DNA of 62,956 nucleotides, counting the filler, from Chiloscyllium plagiosum (lineage: Eukaryota), in the NCBI RefSeq assembly GCF_004010195.1. It is 4 parts of one record of this genome, joined end to end, with 100 filler letters (N's around TTAATTAATTAA, not from the genome) between each part and the next. Parts side by side here need not be neighbours in the genome. Positions count along the whole stretch, not along the records: positions 1 to 20,382 come from NC_057713.1; positions 20,483 to 40,375 come from NC_057713.1; 2 more parts are not named here. The stretch is one strand, 5' to 3'. Position numbers and translations under genes: made by a program. The notes under the pieces are model-generated. The model searched no databases. It was not told where the DNA came from and saw only the letters and a program-made list of their open reading frames with translations. Below, one piece after another: positions 11,625-22,578 of this stretch. Positions within the stretch are counted from its first letter, which is position 1. Every line of letters begins with the position of its first letter.

Positions 11625-11832
11625 GAGGTCTAGTGGTGTTATCACTGGAATATTAATCCAAAGACCTCGGTTAAAATCCCACCACGGCCAATAGTGGAAT
11701 TTGAACCCAATAAAATCAAGAGTCTCATGATATCCATGGATCTCTTGTCAATTGTCAGGAAACCTCATCTACCTCATTAACATCTGCAGGTTCGGCCTAC
11801 ACGTGACATGACTCTATGACTCTTAACTGCTT
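11625..11832 (+). mobile_element. Degraded tRNA-derived shark SINE (DeuSINE/SacSINE1-like; family name tentative)
   Basis: tRNA-like head (GTGGTGTTATCACTGG...GGTTAAAATCCCACC) and body shared with fragments at ~4130-4260, 13840-14025, 42310-42430, 56790-56910 and 57480-57810. Confidence 0.55.
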
Positions 11833-12324
11833 GAATTGAATTTATTTATTATCACGTGTACCGAGGCGCAGTGAAAAACTTTGTTGGACAATCGGGATGG
11901 CACAATAAACACATCCCATGAGCGAATGAAAAGAAAAATAGGATTAGACATTAACACGAGACTGTTCCACTCCCATCAGTCTCTGCACATGAATCTGTAG
12001 TCTTCAAATTGTGCAGTCGCCTTGATGGTACGCGTGTATGTTGACATAGTCCATTTGTTTGGTGTCTAGCTCATTCTTGGGGTAATATTCCTCCTGGATT
12101 CTCATGGTGAGTGCTGTTGCCCTGATCTACTTCCATTGTTGGGCCAGTGACTGATGGCCATTCTGCTCTGTGAGGGTGCTGTCCCTGTCCCTGGGAGTAT
12201 TTGATGGAAACAGTGTGAAGGGAGCTTTAGTTTCAAAGAGTAGAGGAAGCTTGCTTTTTGTCTAAAATAATAGAGGGTGGTTTTACTTTCATTTTAAAAC
12301 AGTAGAGTGGGACTATGGGTATGT

Positions 12325-12901
12325 GAGTTGGGAGGTCATGTTGCGGCTGTATAGGACATTGGTTAGGCCACTTTTGGAATATTGCGTTCAATTCTGGTCT
12401 CCTTCCTATCAGAAGGATGTTGTGAAACTTGAAAGGGTTCAGAAAAGATTTACAAGGATGTTACCAGGGTCGGGCGATTTGAGCTATAGGGAGAATAGGC
12501 TGGGGCTGTTTCCTATGGAAGGCTGAGGGGTCACCTTGTAGATGTTTATAGAATCATGAGGGGCATGGATAGGGCAAATAGCCAAGGTCTTTTTCCCAGT
12601 GCGGTTGGGGCATGCTGCCAGAACTAGGGTTTAAGGTGAGAGAGGAAAGGTTTAATAGGGACCTGAGGGGTAACTTTTTCACACACAGGGTGGTGCGTGT
12701 GTGGAATGAGCTGCCAGAGGAAGTTGTGGAGGCTGGTACAATGACAGCATTTAAAAGGCATCTGGATGGGGACATGGATAGGAAGGGATTGGAGGGATAT
12801 GGGCCAAGTGCTGGCAAATGGGACTGGATTGTTTTAGTATATCTTGTCAGCATGGAGGAGTTGGGTAGAAGGGTTTGTTTCTGTGCTGTCCAGCTCTATG
12901 G
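12325..12901 (+). mobile_element. CR1 LINE 3' fragment
   Basis: SWEVMLRLYRTLVRPLLEYCVQFWSPSY, NFFTHRVVRVWNELPEEVVEA and CR1 tail. Confidence 0.9.
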
Positions 12902-13149
12902 CAATTTTACCTTAAGTACAAGGGAGTACATTTAAGTAGCTGCCACTGACTATACGCAAAGGCATGGGGAGACTCCATGTGACTACGACAAGCCCAGCAG
13001 CACTTTCCATGTTCGGTGGTGTTTCCAAGAGGAGCCATTGTTGGCAATCTCAGTGAGAACCAGCTGACACGAGGGAGGTGAGGGACAACGCATTCCCTCC
13101 TTCCCTTCTGGGTCAGAATGGGGAAGTTAAACGTTGTTGTTGTCACGGT

Positions 13150-13535
13150 GCAGTAACCACAAGAAGCAGAAAATACATTGGGAAATCGCTGAGCATGGGA
13201 ACTTGGAGTCGGAGTTGAGAGAAATAGAAAGTACAATGTTTCGAAGGAAGTGACAAAACAGCAGGCTAACTGAAGACCATGACGTTGAGTTGGGACGTGG
13301 AGGGGACCGCTCTCCTGCCCTTGTTCTTGGATGTGAGGGGGGAGAGAGAGAGAGAGAGAGGAGTAGGAAAGGTTTGCTCAGTCAGTGACATGAAAAGAGG
13401 GAATGTGAGGAGGAGTTTCACACACAGGCCAAGATCAGATGGGGCTGAATGGCATGCTCCCAGCATTGGAAGCTCCCATGTCAACTGGCCGCAGGAAATC
13501 CAGGATGTTTTTGATGACAGAATTCCCGGGAAAGG
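13150..13535. promoter_or_regulatory. Putative immune-type enhancer/promoter motif cluster 5' of the IL6R-like Ig exon
   Basis: RUNX AACCACA 13155-13161, ISRE-like GAAATAGAAAGT 13221-13232, ETS AGGAAGTG 13245-13252, palindromic STAT TTCCCGGGAA 13523-13532, and (GA)n at ~13342-13359, all in non-repetitive DNA. Motif-only evidence. Confidence 0.3.
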
Positions 13536-14029
13536 GCGAGGAGGCAGGGGGAGGCATGGGGTTGGAGGAGAGATGGGGGAAGGAGGTGGGCTAAACAGCC
13601 CTCCTTCCCCTCAACAATTTTCCGACTCCTTCGTTTCACCATCAGGAGCCTTTTCAGCACGTGTCAGCCGGAGTCTGTTGGCTCACCAACTGCACACTAT
13701 AGACACTCCAAGAGGCAAATAGAAAGGGGCAGCCAATTCCAGGCCTCGCCCATGTCCATTTTAAGGGAGAAGATTAAATGAGGGCTCAGTGACAATGACA
13801 TCTCTAATTACCCTTTGAACTGTGTGCCTTGCTCGGGGCATTTTCAGAGTTAAGAGTCTGCTCAATGGCTGTGCCTGGGTCTGGAGTCATATGTAGATCC
13901 AGACTGCCGTAAAGATGGCAGATTTCCTTCCCCACCTTGGTGAACGATGCGGTATTTACCACAACTGATGATGTTGGCACGGTCACCATCACCATTACCT
14001 GGACTGGCTGCCAATTCCAGATTTGAGTA

Positions 14030-15030
14030 GAGCCATACATTAGAGAAACAGACCCTTAGGTCCAATTCTTTGGTGCTGAACAGACATCCCAATCTGACCT
14101 TGCCCCATTTGCCAGCACTTTGCCCATATCCCTCCAAACCCTTCCTATTCCTGTCCCCATCCAGATGCCTTTTAAATGCTGTCATTATACCAGACTCCAT
14201 CACTTCCTCTGGCAGCTCATTCCATACACGCACCACCCTGTGTGGTAAAATACAGCCTCTAGTTTTGGACTCCCCCACCCCAGAGAAAAGACCTTGTCTA
14301 TTTACCCTATCCATGTCCCTCATGGTTTTATAAATCTATAAGATCACCCCTCAGCTTCTGATGCTCCAGGGAAAACGGCTCCAGCCTATTCAGCCTTTCT
14401 CTGTAGCTCAAACTCTCCAACATCCTTGTCAGTCTTTTCTACACCCTCTCAAATTTAACAACGTCCTTCCTACAGCAAGGCAGCGAGAATTGTATGCAGT
14501 ATTCTAAAACTGGCCTAACCAATGTCCTGTACAGCCGCAACATGACCTCCCAACTCCTGTACTCAATACTCTGACCAATAAAGGAAAGCATACCAAATGC
14601 CGCCTTCACTATCCTATCGACCTGCGACTCCACTTTCAAGGAGCTATGAACCTGCACTCCAAGGTCTCTTTATTCAGCAACACTCCCCCAGACCCTACCA
14701 TTAGATGTATAAGTCTTGCCCTGGTTTGCCTTTCCAAATTGCAACATCCCACATTTATCTGAATTAATCTCCATCTGACTCTCCTCGATCCATTGGCCCA
14801 TCTGATCAAGGTCCCGATGTACTCTCAGATAATTATCTTCGCTGTCCACTACACTCCCTATTTTTCTGTCAAAACTGCAAACTTACTCCCTCCTATATTC
14901 ATATTCCAAATTGTTTGTATAAATGACAAACATCAAGTGGATCCAGCACTGATCCCTGTGGAACACTGCTGGTTATAGGCCTCCAGTCCAAGCAACCCAC
15001 CACCACCCTCTGTCTCCTATGCTTATGTAA
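14030..15030 (-). mobile_element. CR1 LINE 3' fragment
   Basis: VHSSLKVESQVDRIVKAAFGMLSFIGQSIEYRSWEVMLRLYRTLVRP and CR1 tail. Confidence 0.9.
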
Positions 15031-16032
15031 ATTCTGTGTCCAGCTATCTCCCCCTGGCTTCCATAGGGGCTAACCTTACTAAATTCCGCCAAGGGCTGCA
15101 GTGGGATTTGAACCCAGAACATCAGCCTCTGGTCTTTCAGCTCAGTGGCATTCCATTAGACCATGTCTGGCCTGAGCTGGAAGTCAAGATGGGAATCACA
15201 AGCCTGGGTGCTGCTTCTGGCCTGGGTCTGGGCCCTTGGGCCTACCATCTCAGCCGAGCCCCTGAGTCGAGAACAGAAGACCTCCTAGGGTCCCTGGTTG
15301 TAGGCCCTGATGTGTATACCTCCCACACCTCCTTGTGGGGAAGAAATAATGGCCCTAAGGTGTTAGGGAAGATCAGCAGCCGTCTGTAAACGTTGGTGGG
15401 ACCTTTCAAGTCCATTCAGGAGGCCAGAGTTGTGACCTCGGTTAAAGATCTTGCCGGAAAGGTGGGAAGGGTTTCCAGTGCGGCAAACAATTCATGCGCT
15501 CACATTCACCTTGCCCGCTGTGCGCTGATCAAACAGAGGATTGAGGTACAGAGGGTGGGGAAGAGCGGCACAGAGTTACCAATGGAACAGAAGCACAGGG
15601 TGTGGGCTGCCAGTGCCTACGAAGCAGAGAGACTTGGTAGCTGAATTGTAAACACGACACCCACTCAGTTCCCTTTTCAGTCAGCGTCACCAATTCACTT
15701 CTTAGTCTCTCTTTGCCATGGTAATCATTTTGTTCAAAAACATGCAGACGGCACAGAAACAATACGGCCCTGTAAAGGAAACAGCTTGCATACACCCAAT
15801 GTCTTCCTCCAGCTCACTGTGGCCAAATATGTACTTGTTGACATGAGCAGCCCTCTTAAAAGGTGGAGATAGGGCAGCAAGATCCCACTTATTATCTCCA
15901 TCCCTGGCTATATTAGTGATGCCAGGGCAAGTGGGGACAATTCCCACCTACCGGTTTCTCTTTAATAGTTTTGCACCCACGCAAGAGAGAGAGGACAGGG
16001 GCCCTTTATTTAGCCTCCAACAGCGTCCTCCG

Positions 16033-19000
16033 CCTCAGCACTGACCGCCCCCCTCCCTGACATTTCCTGCTCCCTCAGGGCTGACCCTCCAACAGTGCTC
16101 GTTCCCTCAGCACTGACCCTCCAACAGTGCTCGCTCCCTCAGCACTGACCCTCTGACATTGCTCGAACCCTCAGGGCTGACCCTCCAACAGTGCTCGCTC
16201 CCTCAGCACTGACCCTCCGACAGTGCCTGCTCCTTCAGCACTGACCCTCCAACAGTGCTCGCTCCCTCAGCACTGACCCTCCAACAGTGCTTGCTCCCTC
16301 AGCACTGACCCTCCAACAGTGCTCGCTCACTCAGCACTGACCCTCCAACAGTGCTCGCTCCCTCAGCACTGACCCTCCAACAGCGTCCGCTCCCTTCGCA
16401 CTGACCCTCCAACAGCACCCGCTCCCTCAGCACTGACCCTCTATCAGCACCTGCTCCCTCAGCACTAACCCACCAACAGTGCTCGCTCCCTCAGCACTGA
16501 CCCTCCAACAGTGCTCGCTCCCTCAGCACTGACCCTCCAACAGTGCTCGCTCCCTCAGCACTGACCCTCCAACAGTGCTCGCTCCCTCAGCACTGACCCT
16601 CCAACAGTGCTCGCTCCCTCAGCACTGACCCTCCAACAGTGCTCGCTCCCTCAGCACTGACCCTCCAACAGCGTCCGCTCCCTTCGCACTGACCCTCCAA
16701 CAGCACCCGCTCCCTCAGCACTGACCCTCTATCAGCACCTGCTCCCTCAGCACTAACCCACCAACAGTGCTCGCTCCCTCAGCACTGACCCTCCAACAGC
16801 GTCCGCTCCCTTCGCACTGACCCTCCAACAGCACCCGCTCCCTCAGCACTGACCCTCTATCAGCACCTGCTCCCTCAGCACTAACCCACCAACAGTGCTC
16901 GCTCCCTCAGCACTGACCCTCCAACAGTGCTCGCTCCCTCAGCACTGACCCTCCAACAGTGCTCGCTCCCTCAGCACTGACCCTCCAACAGTGCTCGCTC
17001 CCTCAGCACTGACCCTCCAACAGTGCTCGCTCCCTCAGCACTGACCCTCCAACAGTGCTCGCTCCCTCAGCACTGACCCTCCAACAGTGCTCGCTCCCTC
17101 AGCACTGACCCTCCAACAGTGCTCGCTCCCTCAGCACTGACCCTCCAACAGTGCTCGCTCCCTCAGCACTGACCCTCCAACAGTGCTCGCTCCCTCAGCA
17201 CTGACCCTCCAACAGTGCTCGCTCCCTCAGCACTGACCCTCCAACAGTGCTCGCTCCCTCAGCACTGACCCTCCAACAGTGCTCGCTCCCTCAGCACTGA
17301 CCCTCCAACAGTGCTCGCTCCCTCAGCACTGACCCTCCAACAGTGCTCGCTCCCTCAGCACTGACCCTCCAACAGTGCTCGCTCCCTCAGCACTGACCCT
17401 CCAACAGTTCTCGCTCCCTCAGCACTGACCCTCCAACAGTGCTCGCACCCTCAGCGCTGAACCTCCAACAGTGCTCACTCCCTCAGCACTGACCCTCCAA
17501 CAGCGCAAGCTCCCTCAGCACTGACCCTCCAACAGCGCCCGCTCCCTCAGCACTGACCCTCCAACAGCGCCCGCTCCCTCAGCACTCACCCTTTAACAGC
17601 ATGTGCTCCCTCAGCACTGACCCTCCAACAGTGCCCGCTCCCTCAGCACTGACCCTCCAACAGTGCTCGCACCCTCAGCACTGACCCTCCAACAGTGCTC
17701 GCTCCCTCAGCACTGACCTTCCAACAGTGCTCGCTCACTCAGCGGTGAACCTCCAACAGAGCTCGCACCCTCAGCACTGACCCTCCGACAGTGCTCGCAC
17801 CCTCAGCACTGACCCTCCAACAGAGCTCGCTCCCTCAGCGCTGACCCTCCAACAGCGTCCGCTCCCTTCGCACTGACCCTCCAACAGCGTCCGCTCCCTC
17901 AGCACTGACCCTTTAACAGTATGTGCTCCCTCAGCACTGACCCTCCAACAGAGCTCGCTCCCTCAGCACTCACCCTCCAACAGAGCTCGCTCCCTCAGCA
18001 CTGAACTCCCAACAGTGCTTGCTCCCTCAGCACTGACCCTCCAACAGTGCTCGCTCCCTCAGCACTAACCCTCCAACAGTGCTCGCTCCCTCAGCACTGA
18101 CCTTCCAACAGTGCTCACTCCTTCAGCACTAACCCTCCAACAGTGCTTGCTCCCTCAGGACTGACCCTCCAACAGTGCTNNNNNNNNNNNNNNNNNNNNN
18201 NNNNNNNNNNNNNNNNNNNNNNNNNNNNNNNNNNNNNNNNNNNNNNNNNNNNNNNNNNNNNNNNNNNNNNNNNNNNNNNNNNNNNNNNNNNNNNNNNNNN
18301 NNNNNNNNNNNNNNNNNNNNNNNNNNNNNNNNNNNNNNNNNNNNNNNNNNNNNNNNNNNNNNNNNNNNNNNNNNNNNNNNNNNNNNNNNNNNNNNNNNNN
18401 NNNNNNNNNNNNNNNNNNNNNNNNNNNNNNNNNNNNNNNNNNNNNNNNNNNNNNNNNNNNNNNNNNNNNNNNNNNNNNNNNNNNNNNNNNNNNNNNNNNN
18501 NNNNNNNNNNNNNNNNNNNNNNNNNNNNNNNNNNNNNNNNNNNNNNNNNNNNNNNNNNNNNNNNNNNNNNNNNNNNNNNNNNNNNNNNNNNNNNNNNNNN
18601 NNNNNNNNNNNNNNNNNNNNNNNNNNNNNNNNNNNNNNNNNNNNNNNNNNNNNNNNNNNNNNNNNNNNNNNNNNNNNNNNNNNNNNNNNNNNNNNNNNNN
18701 NNNNNNNNNNNNNNNNNNNNNNNNNNNNNNNNNNNNNNNNNNNNNNNNNNNNNNNNNNNNNNNNNNNNNNNNNNNNNNNNNNNNNNNNNNNNNNNNNNNN
18801 NNNNNNNNNNNNNNNNNNNNNNNNNNNNNNNNNNNNNNNNNNNNNNNNNNNNNNNNNNNNNNNNNNNNNNNNNNNNNNNNNNNNNNNNNNNNNNNNNNNN
18901 NNNNNNNNNNNNNNNNNNNNNNNNNNNNNNNNNNNNNNNNNNNNNNNNNNNNNNNNNNNNNNNNNNNNNNNNNNNNNNNNNNNNNNNNNNNNNNNNNNNN

Positions 19001-20382
19001 NNNNNNNNNNNNNNNNNNNNNNNNNNNNNNNNNNNNNNNNNNNNNNNNNNNNNNNNNNNNNNNNNNNNNNNNNNNNNNNNNNNNNNNNNNNNNNNNNNNN
19101 NNNNNNNNNNNNNNNNNNNNNNNNNNNNNNNNNNNNNNNNNNNNNNNNNNNNNNGCACTGACCCTCCAACAGTGCTCGCTCCCTCAGCACTGACCCTCCA
19201 ACAGTGTTCGCTCCCTCAGGGCTGACCCTCCAACAGTGCTCGCTCCCTCAGCACTGACCCTCCAACAGTGTTCGCTCCCTCAGGGCTGACCCTCCAACAG
19301 TGCTCGCTCCCTCAGGACTGACCCTCCAACAGTGCCCGCTCCCTCAGCACTGACCCTCCAACAGTGCTCGCTCCCTCAGCACTGACCCTCCAACAGTGTT
19401 CGCTCCCTCAGGGCTGACCCTCCAACAGTGCTCGCTCCCTCAGCACTGACCCTCCAACAGTGTTCGCTCCCTCAGGACTGACCCTCCAACAGTGGCCGCT
19501 CCCTCAGCACTGACCCTCCAACAGTGCTCGCTCCCTCAGCACTAACCCTCCAACAGTGCTCGCACCCTCAGCACTGACCTTCCAACAGTGCCCGCTCCCT
19601 CAGGACTGACCCTCCAACAGTGCTCGCTCCCTCAGGACTGACCCTCCAACAGTGCTTGCTCCCTCAGCACTGACCCTCCAACAGTGCTCGCACCCTCAGC
19701 ACCGACCCTCCAACAGTGCTCGCTCCGTCAGGGCTGACCCTGCAACAGTGCTCGCACCCTCAGCACTAACCCTTTAACAGCATGTGCTCCCTCAAGGCTG
19801 ACCCTCCAACAGTGCTCGCTCCCTCAGGGCTGACCCTCCAACAGTGCTCGCTCCCTCAGGGCTGACCCTCCAACAGTGCTCGCTCCCTCATTGCTGACCC
19901 TCCAACAGTGCTCGCTCCCTCAGCACTGACCCTCCAACAGCGCCCGCTCCCTCAGCACCAACCCTCTAACAGCACCTGCTCCCTCCACACCGATCCTCCA
20001 ACAGCGCTTGCTCCCTCAGCACTACACCGATCCTCCAACAGCGCTTGCTCCCTCAGCACTAATCCTTTAACAGCATGTGTTCCCTCAGGACTGACCCTCC
20101 AACAGTGCTCGCTCCCTCAGCACTGACCCTCCAACAGTGCTTGCTCCCTCAGCACTGAACCTCCAACAGTGCTTGCTCCCTCAACACTAACCCTCCAACA
20201 GTGCTTGCTCCCTCAGCACTGACCCTCTAACAGCACGTGCTCCCTCAGCACTAACCCTCTAACAGCACCTGCTCCCTCAGCACTGACACTCCAACAGCGC
20301 CCGCTCCCTCAGCACCAACCCTCTAACAGCATGTGTTCCCTCAGGACTGACCCTCCAACAGTGCTCGCTCCATCAGCACTGA
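16033..20382. repeat. Large 32-bp tandem minisatellite array (contains N gap 18180-19154)
   Basis: Unit CTCAGCACTGACCCTCCAACAGTGCTCGCTCC, roughly 100 sequenced copies, homogeneous core at ~16900-17400. Confidence 0.97.
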
Positions 20383-20426
20383 NNNNNNNNNNNNNNNNNN
20401 NNNNNNNNNNNNNNNNNNNNNNNNNN

Positions 20427-20438
20427 TTAATTAATTAA
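20427..20438. other. Artificial scaffold linker TTAATTAATTAA in 100-bp join (20383-20482)
   Basis: 44 N + TTAATTAATTAA + 44 N, with the same structure at three sites. Confidence 0.95.
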
Positions 20439-20482
20439 NNNNNNNNNNNNNNNNNNNNNNNNNNNNNNNNNNNNNNNNNNNN

Positions 20483-21510
20483 TTCCCTCGTCAGCCACGG
20501 CCACCCCTGCCTCCTCATAGGATCTTTCTTCCTTTTTGGAATGAACTGATCCTGCATCTTCTGCATTATACCCAGAAATATCTGCCATTGTTCTTCCACT
20601 GTCATCCCTGCTAAGATATTGCACCATTGAACTTTGGCCAGCTCCTCCCTCATAGCTCCATTGTTCCCTTTATTCAACTGAAATATTGTCACTACCGATT
20701 GTACCGTCTCCCTTTCAAATTGCAGTTTGAAGCTTATTGTATTATGGTCACTAACTCCTAATGCCTCCTTCACTTCGAGGTCCCTGATCAATTCTGGTTC
20801 GTTGCACAATACCAGATCCAGAGCTGCCTTCTCCCTGGTAGGCTCCAGCACCAGCTGTTCTAAGAATCCATCTCGGAGGCACTCCACAAAGTCTCGTTCT
20901 TGAGGTCCAATACCATCCTGTTTCTCCCAGTCTACCTGCATGTTGAAATCCCCCATAACAACTGTAGTAACATCTTTGCGACAGGTCAATTTCAGCTCCT
21001 TACATCCATACTACTGTTTGGGGGCCTGTAGATAACTCCCAAGAGGGTCTTTCTACCCTTACAATTTCTCAGCTCTATCCTGTTTCTAGGTCCCCCCACG
21101 CAAGGGACTGAATATCATCCCTTACTAACAGGGCCACCCCAACCCCTCTGCCCATCAGTCTGTCCTTACGATAGCACGTATAGCCTTGAATATTCATTTC
21201 GCAGGCTCTGTCCACTTGAAGCTACGTCTCAGTTATCCCCACAATATCGTAGCTGCCAATTTCCAAAAGAGCCTCAAGCTCATCCATCTTATTTCTAATA
21301 CTTCATGCATTCATATATAGTATTTTTAATTTGTTACTGCCCTCACCCTTCCTATCAACCCCTATTTCACTCAACCTTACGGCATGATCCCTTTTTGAGT
21401 TTTCTGCTTCATTGATACCGTTGTCTTTCTTGACTTCCCTTGTTTTAACTTTCCCTTCAATTTCATTCTTAAACTTCCAGTTTGTCCCCTCCCCCGCTAT
21501 TTAGTTTAAA
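20483..21510 (-). mobile_element. CR1 LINE, ORF1 end and ORF2 endonuclease region
   Basis: VVMGDFNMQVDW...FLEQLVLEPTREKAALDLVLCNE...LGVSDHNTISF matches APE endonuclease motifs. Confidence 0.9.
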
Positions 21511-22109
21511 TGCAGTTTAAACGTGAGTTTCTGGATTAACAGTCTTTGACCTGTTTCAAAGTGTCCCCTGTTGTTTCTCTGTAAATCAACCACCATGAAA
21601 TTATGAAGGTGCCCTGAACTTAGTTTTTCTGAAAAGGGCTTGTTTCAACTCTAACTTCAACCAATTAGCCTCGATGATGAAAAAAATTCTGGATAAGAAA
21701 GGCAATCCATCGTCACTTGTTAATCTGAATAGATCCTAAAGTCACATGTATTGCAGCATCCAGTTGCTTCTTATAGAATTCCAGTTTTTCCTTCACTACT
21801 CTTGATGACATTTATTCCATACAATGAACACGATGTGAAAAGGATTTCCTGAAAGAGACCTAAAATTCTTGTTCATTAACCTGAACCTGGGTCTTCTAGT
21901 TATATTGCCTGTTTAATTCATATGACATTATTACCTTCACAATCATCTATACTTATAAAATCATCTCTACGAGACCTCCTTTCCAAGCTAAAAAACAAAG
22001 GTTTCTCCAAATTTCCTTTCCAGCATAGACTCAATACCGGGGGAATAGCAATATGAATCTTTTGTGCACTACAGTGTTCCTCTTTATTTCATTGGTAACC
22101 AGAAACAAT

Positions 22110-22520
22110 AATAAGAAAGAACAAGAACAGTACAGCACAGGAATAGGCCCTTCATCCCACCAAGATTGTGCTGCCACATGACACCTTTCTAAACTAAAAA
22201 TCTTTTGTCTTGAGGTGTCCGTATCCCTCTATTCCCTGCCTATTCATATCTGTCAAGATGCTTCTTAAATATTGCTATTATCTGCCTCCACCACCTTCCT
22301 GGCAGCGTATTCCAAGCACTTACAACCCTCTGTGTAAAAACAAACTTGCCTTTTACACCTTTTTTAAACTTACCCCTTTTACCTTAAACCTATGTACTGT
22401 AGTAATTGAAATTTCTACCCTGGGAAAAACAGACTCTAATTATCCATTCTGTCCATGCCTCTCATAATTCTGTAAACTTCTGTCAGGTCGCCCCTTATTT
22501 TTTGACCTTCAAATGAAAAA
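22110..22520 (-). mobile_element. CR1 LINE 3' end fragment
   Basis: Reverse-complement CR1 tail (GAACAGTACAGCACAGGAATAGGCCCTTC) and adjacent decayed RT-thumb coding. Confidence 0.7.
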
Positions 22521-22578
22521 AAAATTCAATCTTTACCACTAGTGACCACGATTGTCCAGTACTATGTTAGCTATATAG

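Noticed and set aside
15500..16015. Candidate first exons/promoter of the receptor (TATA-like TAAATAAA, GTAGGT donor, tttacAG acceptor on minus strand)
   Set aside because: ATGs lead to an early stop (MFLNKMITMAKRD*) and no phase-1 signal-peptide exon results. It could be 5' UTR, but this is unsupported.
16033..20382. CRISPR-like array (32-bp palindromic repeats)
   Set aside because: Units are directly adjacent with no unique spacers, there are no cas genes, and the context is vertebrate. It is a minisatellite.
20427..20438. Conserved TTAATTAATTAA motif occurring three times
   Set aside because: Always centred in 44N+12+44N. It is an assembly linker with stops in all frames, so adjacency across these joins is unproven.
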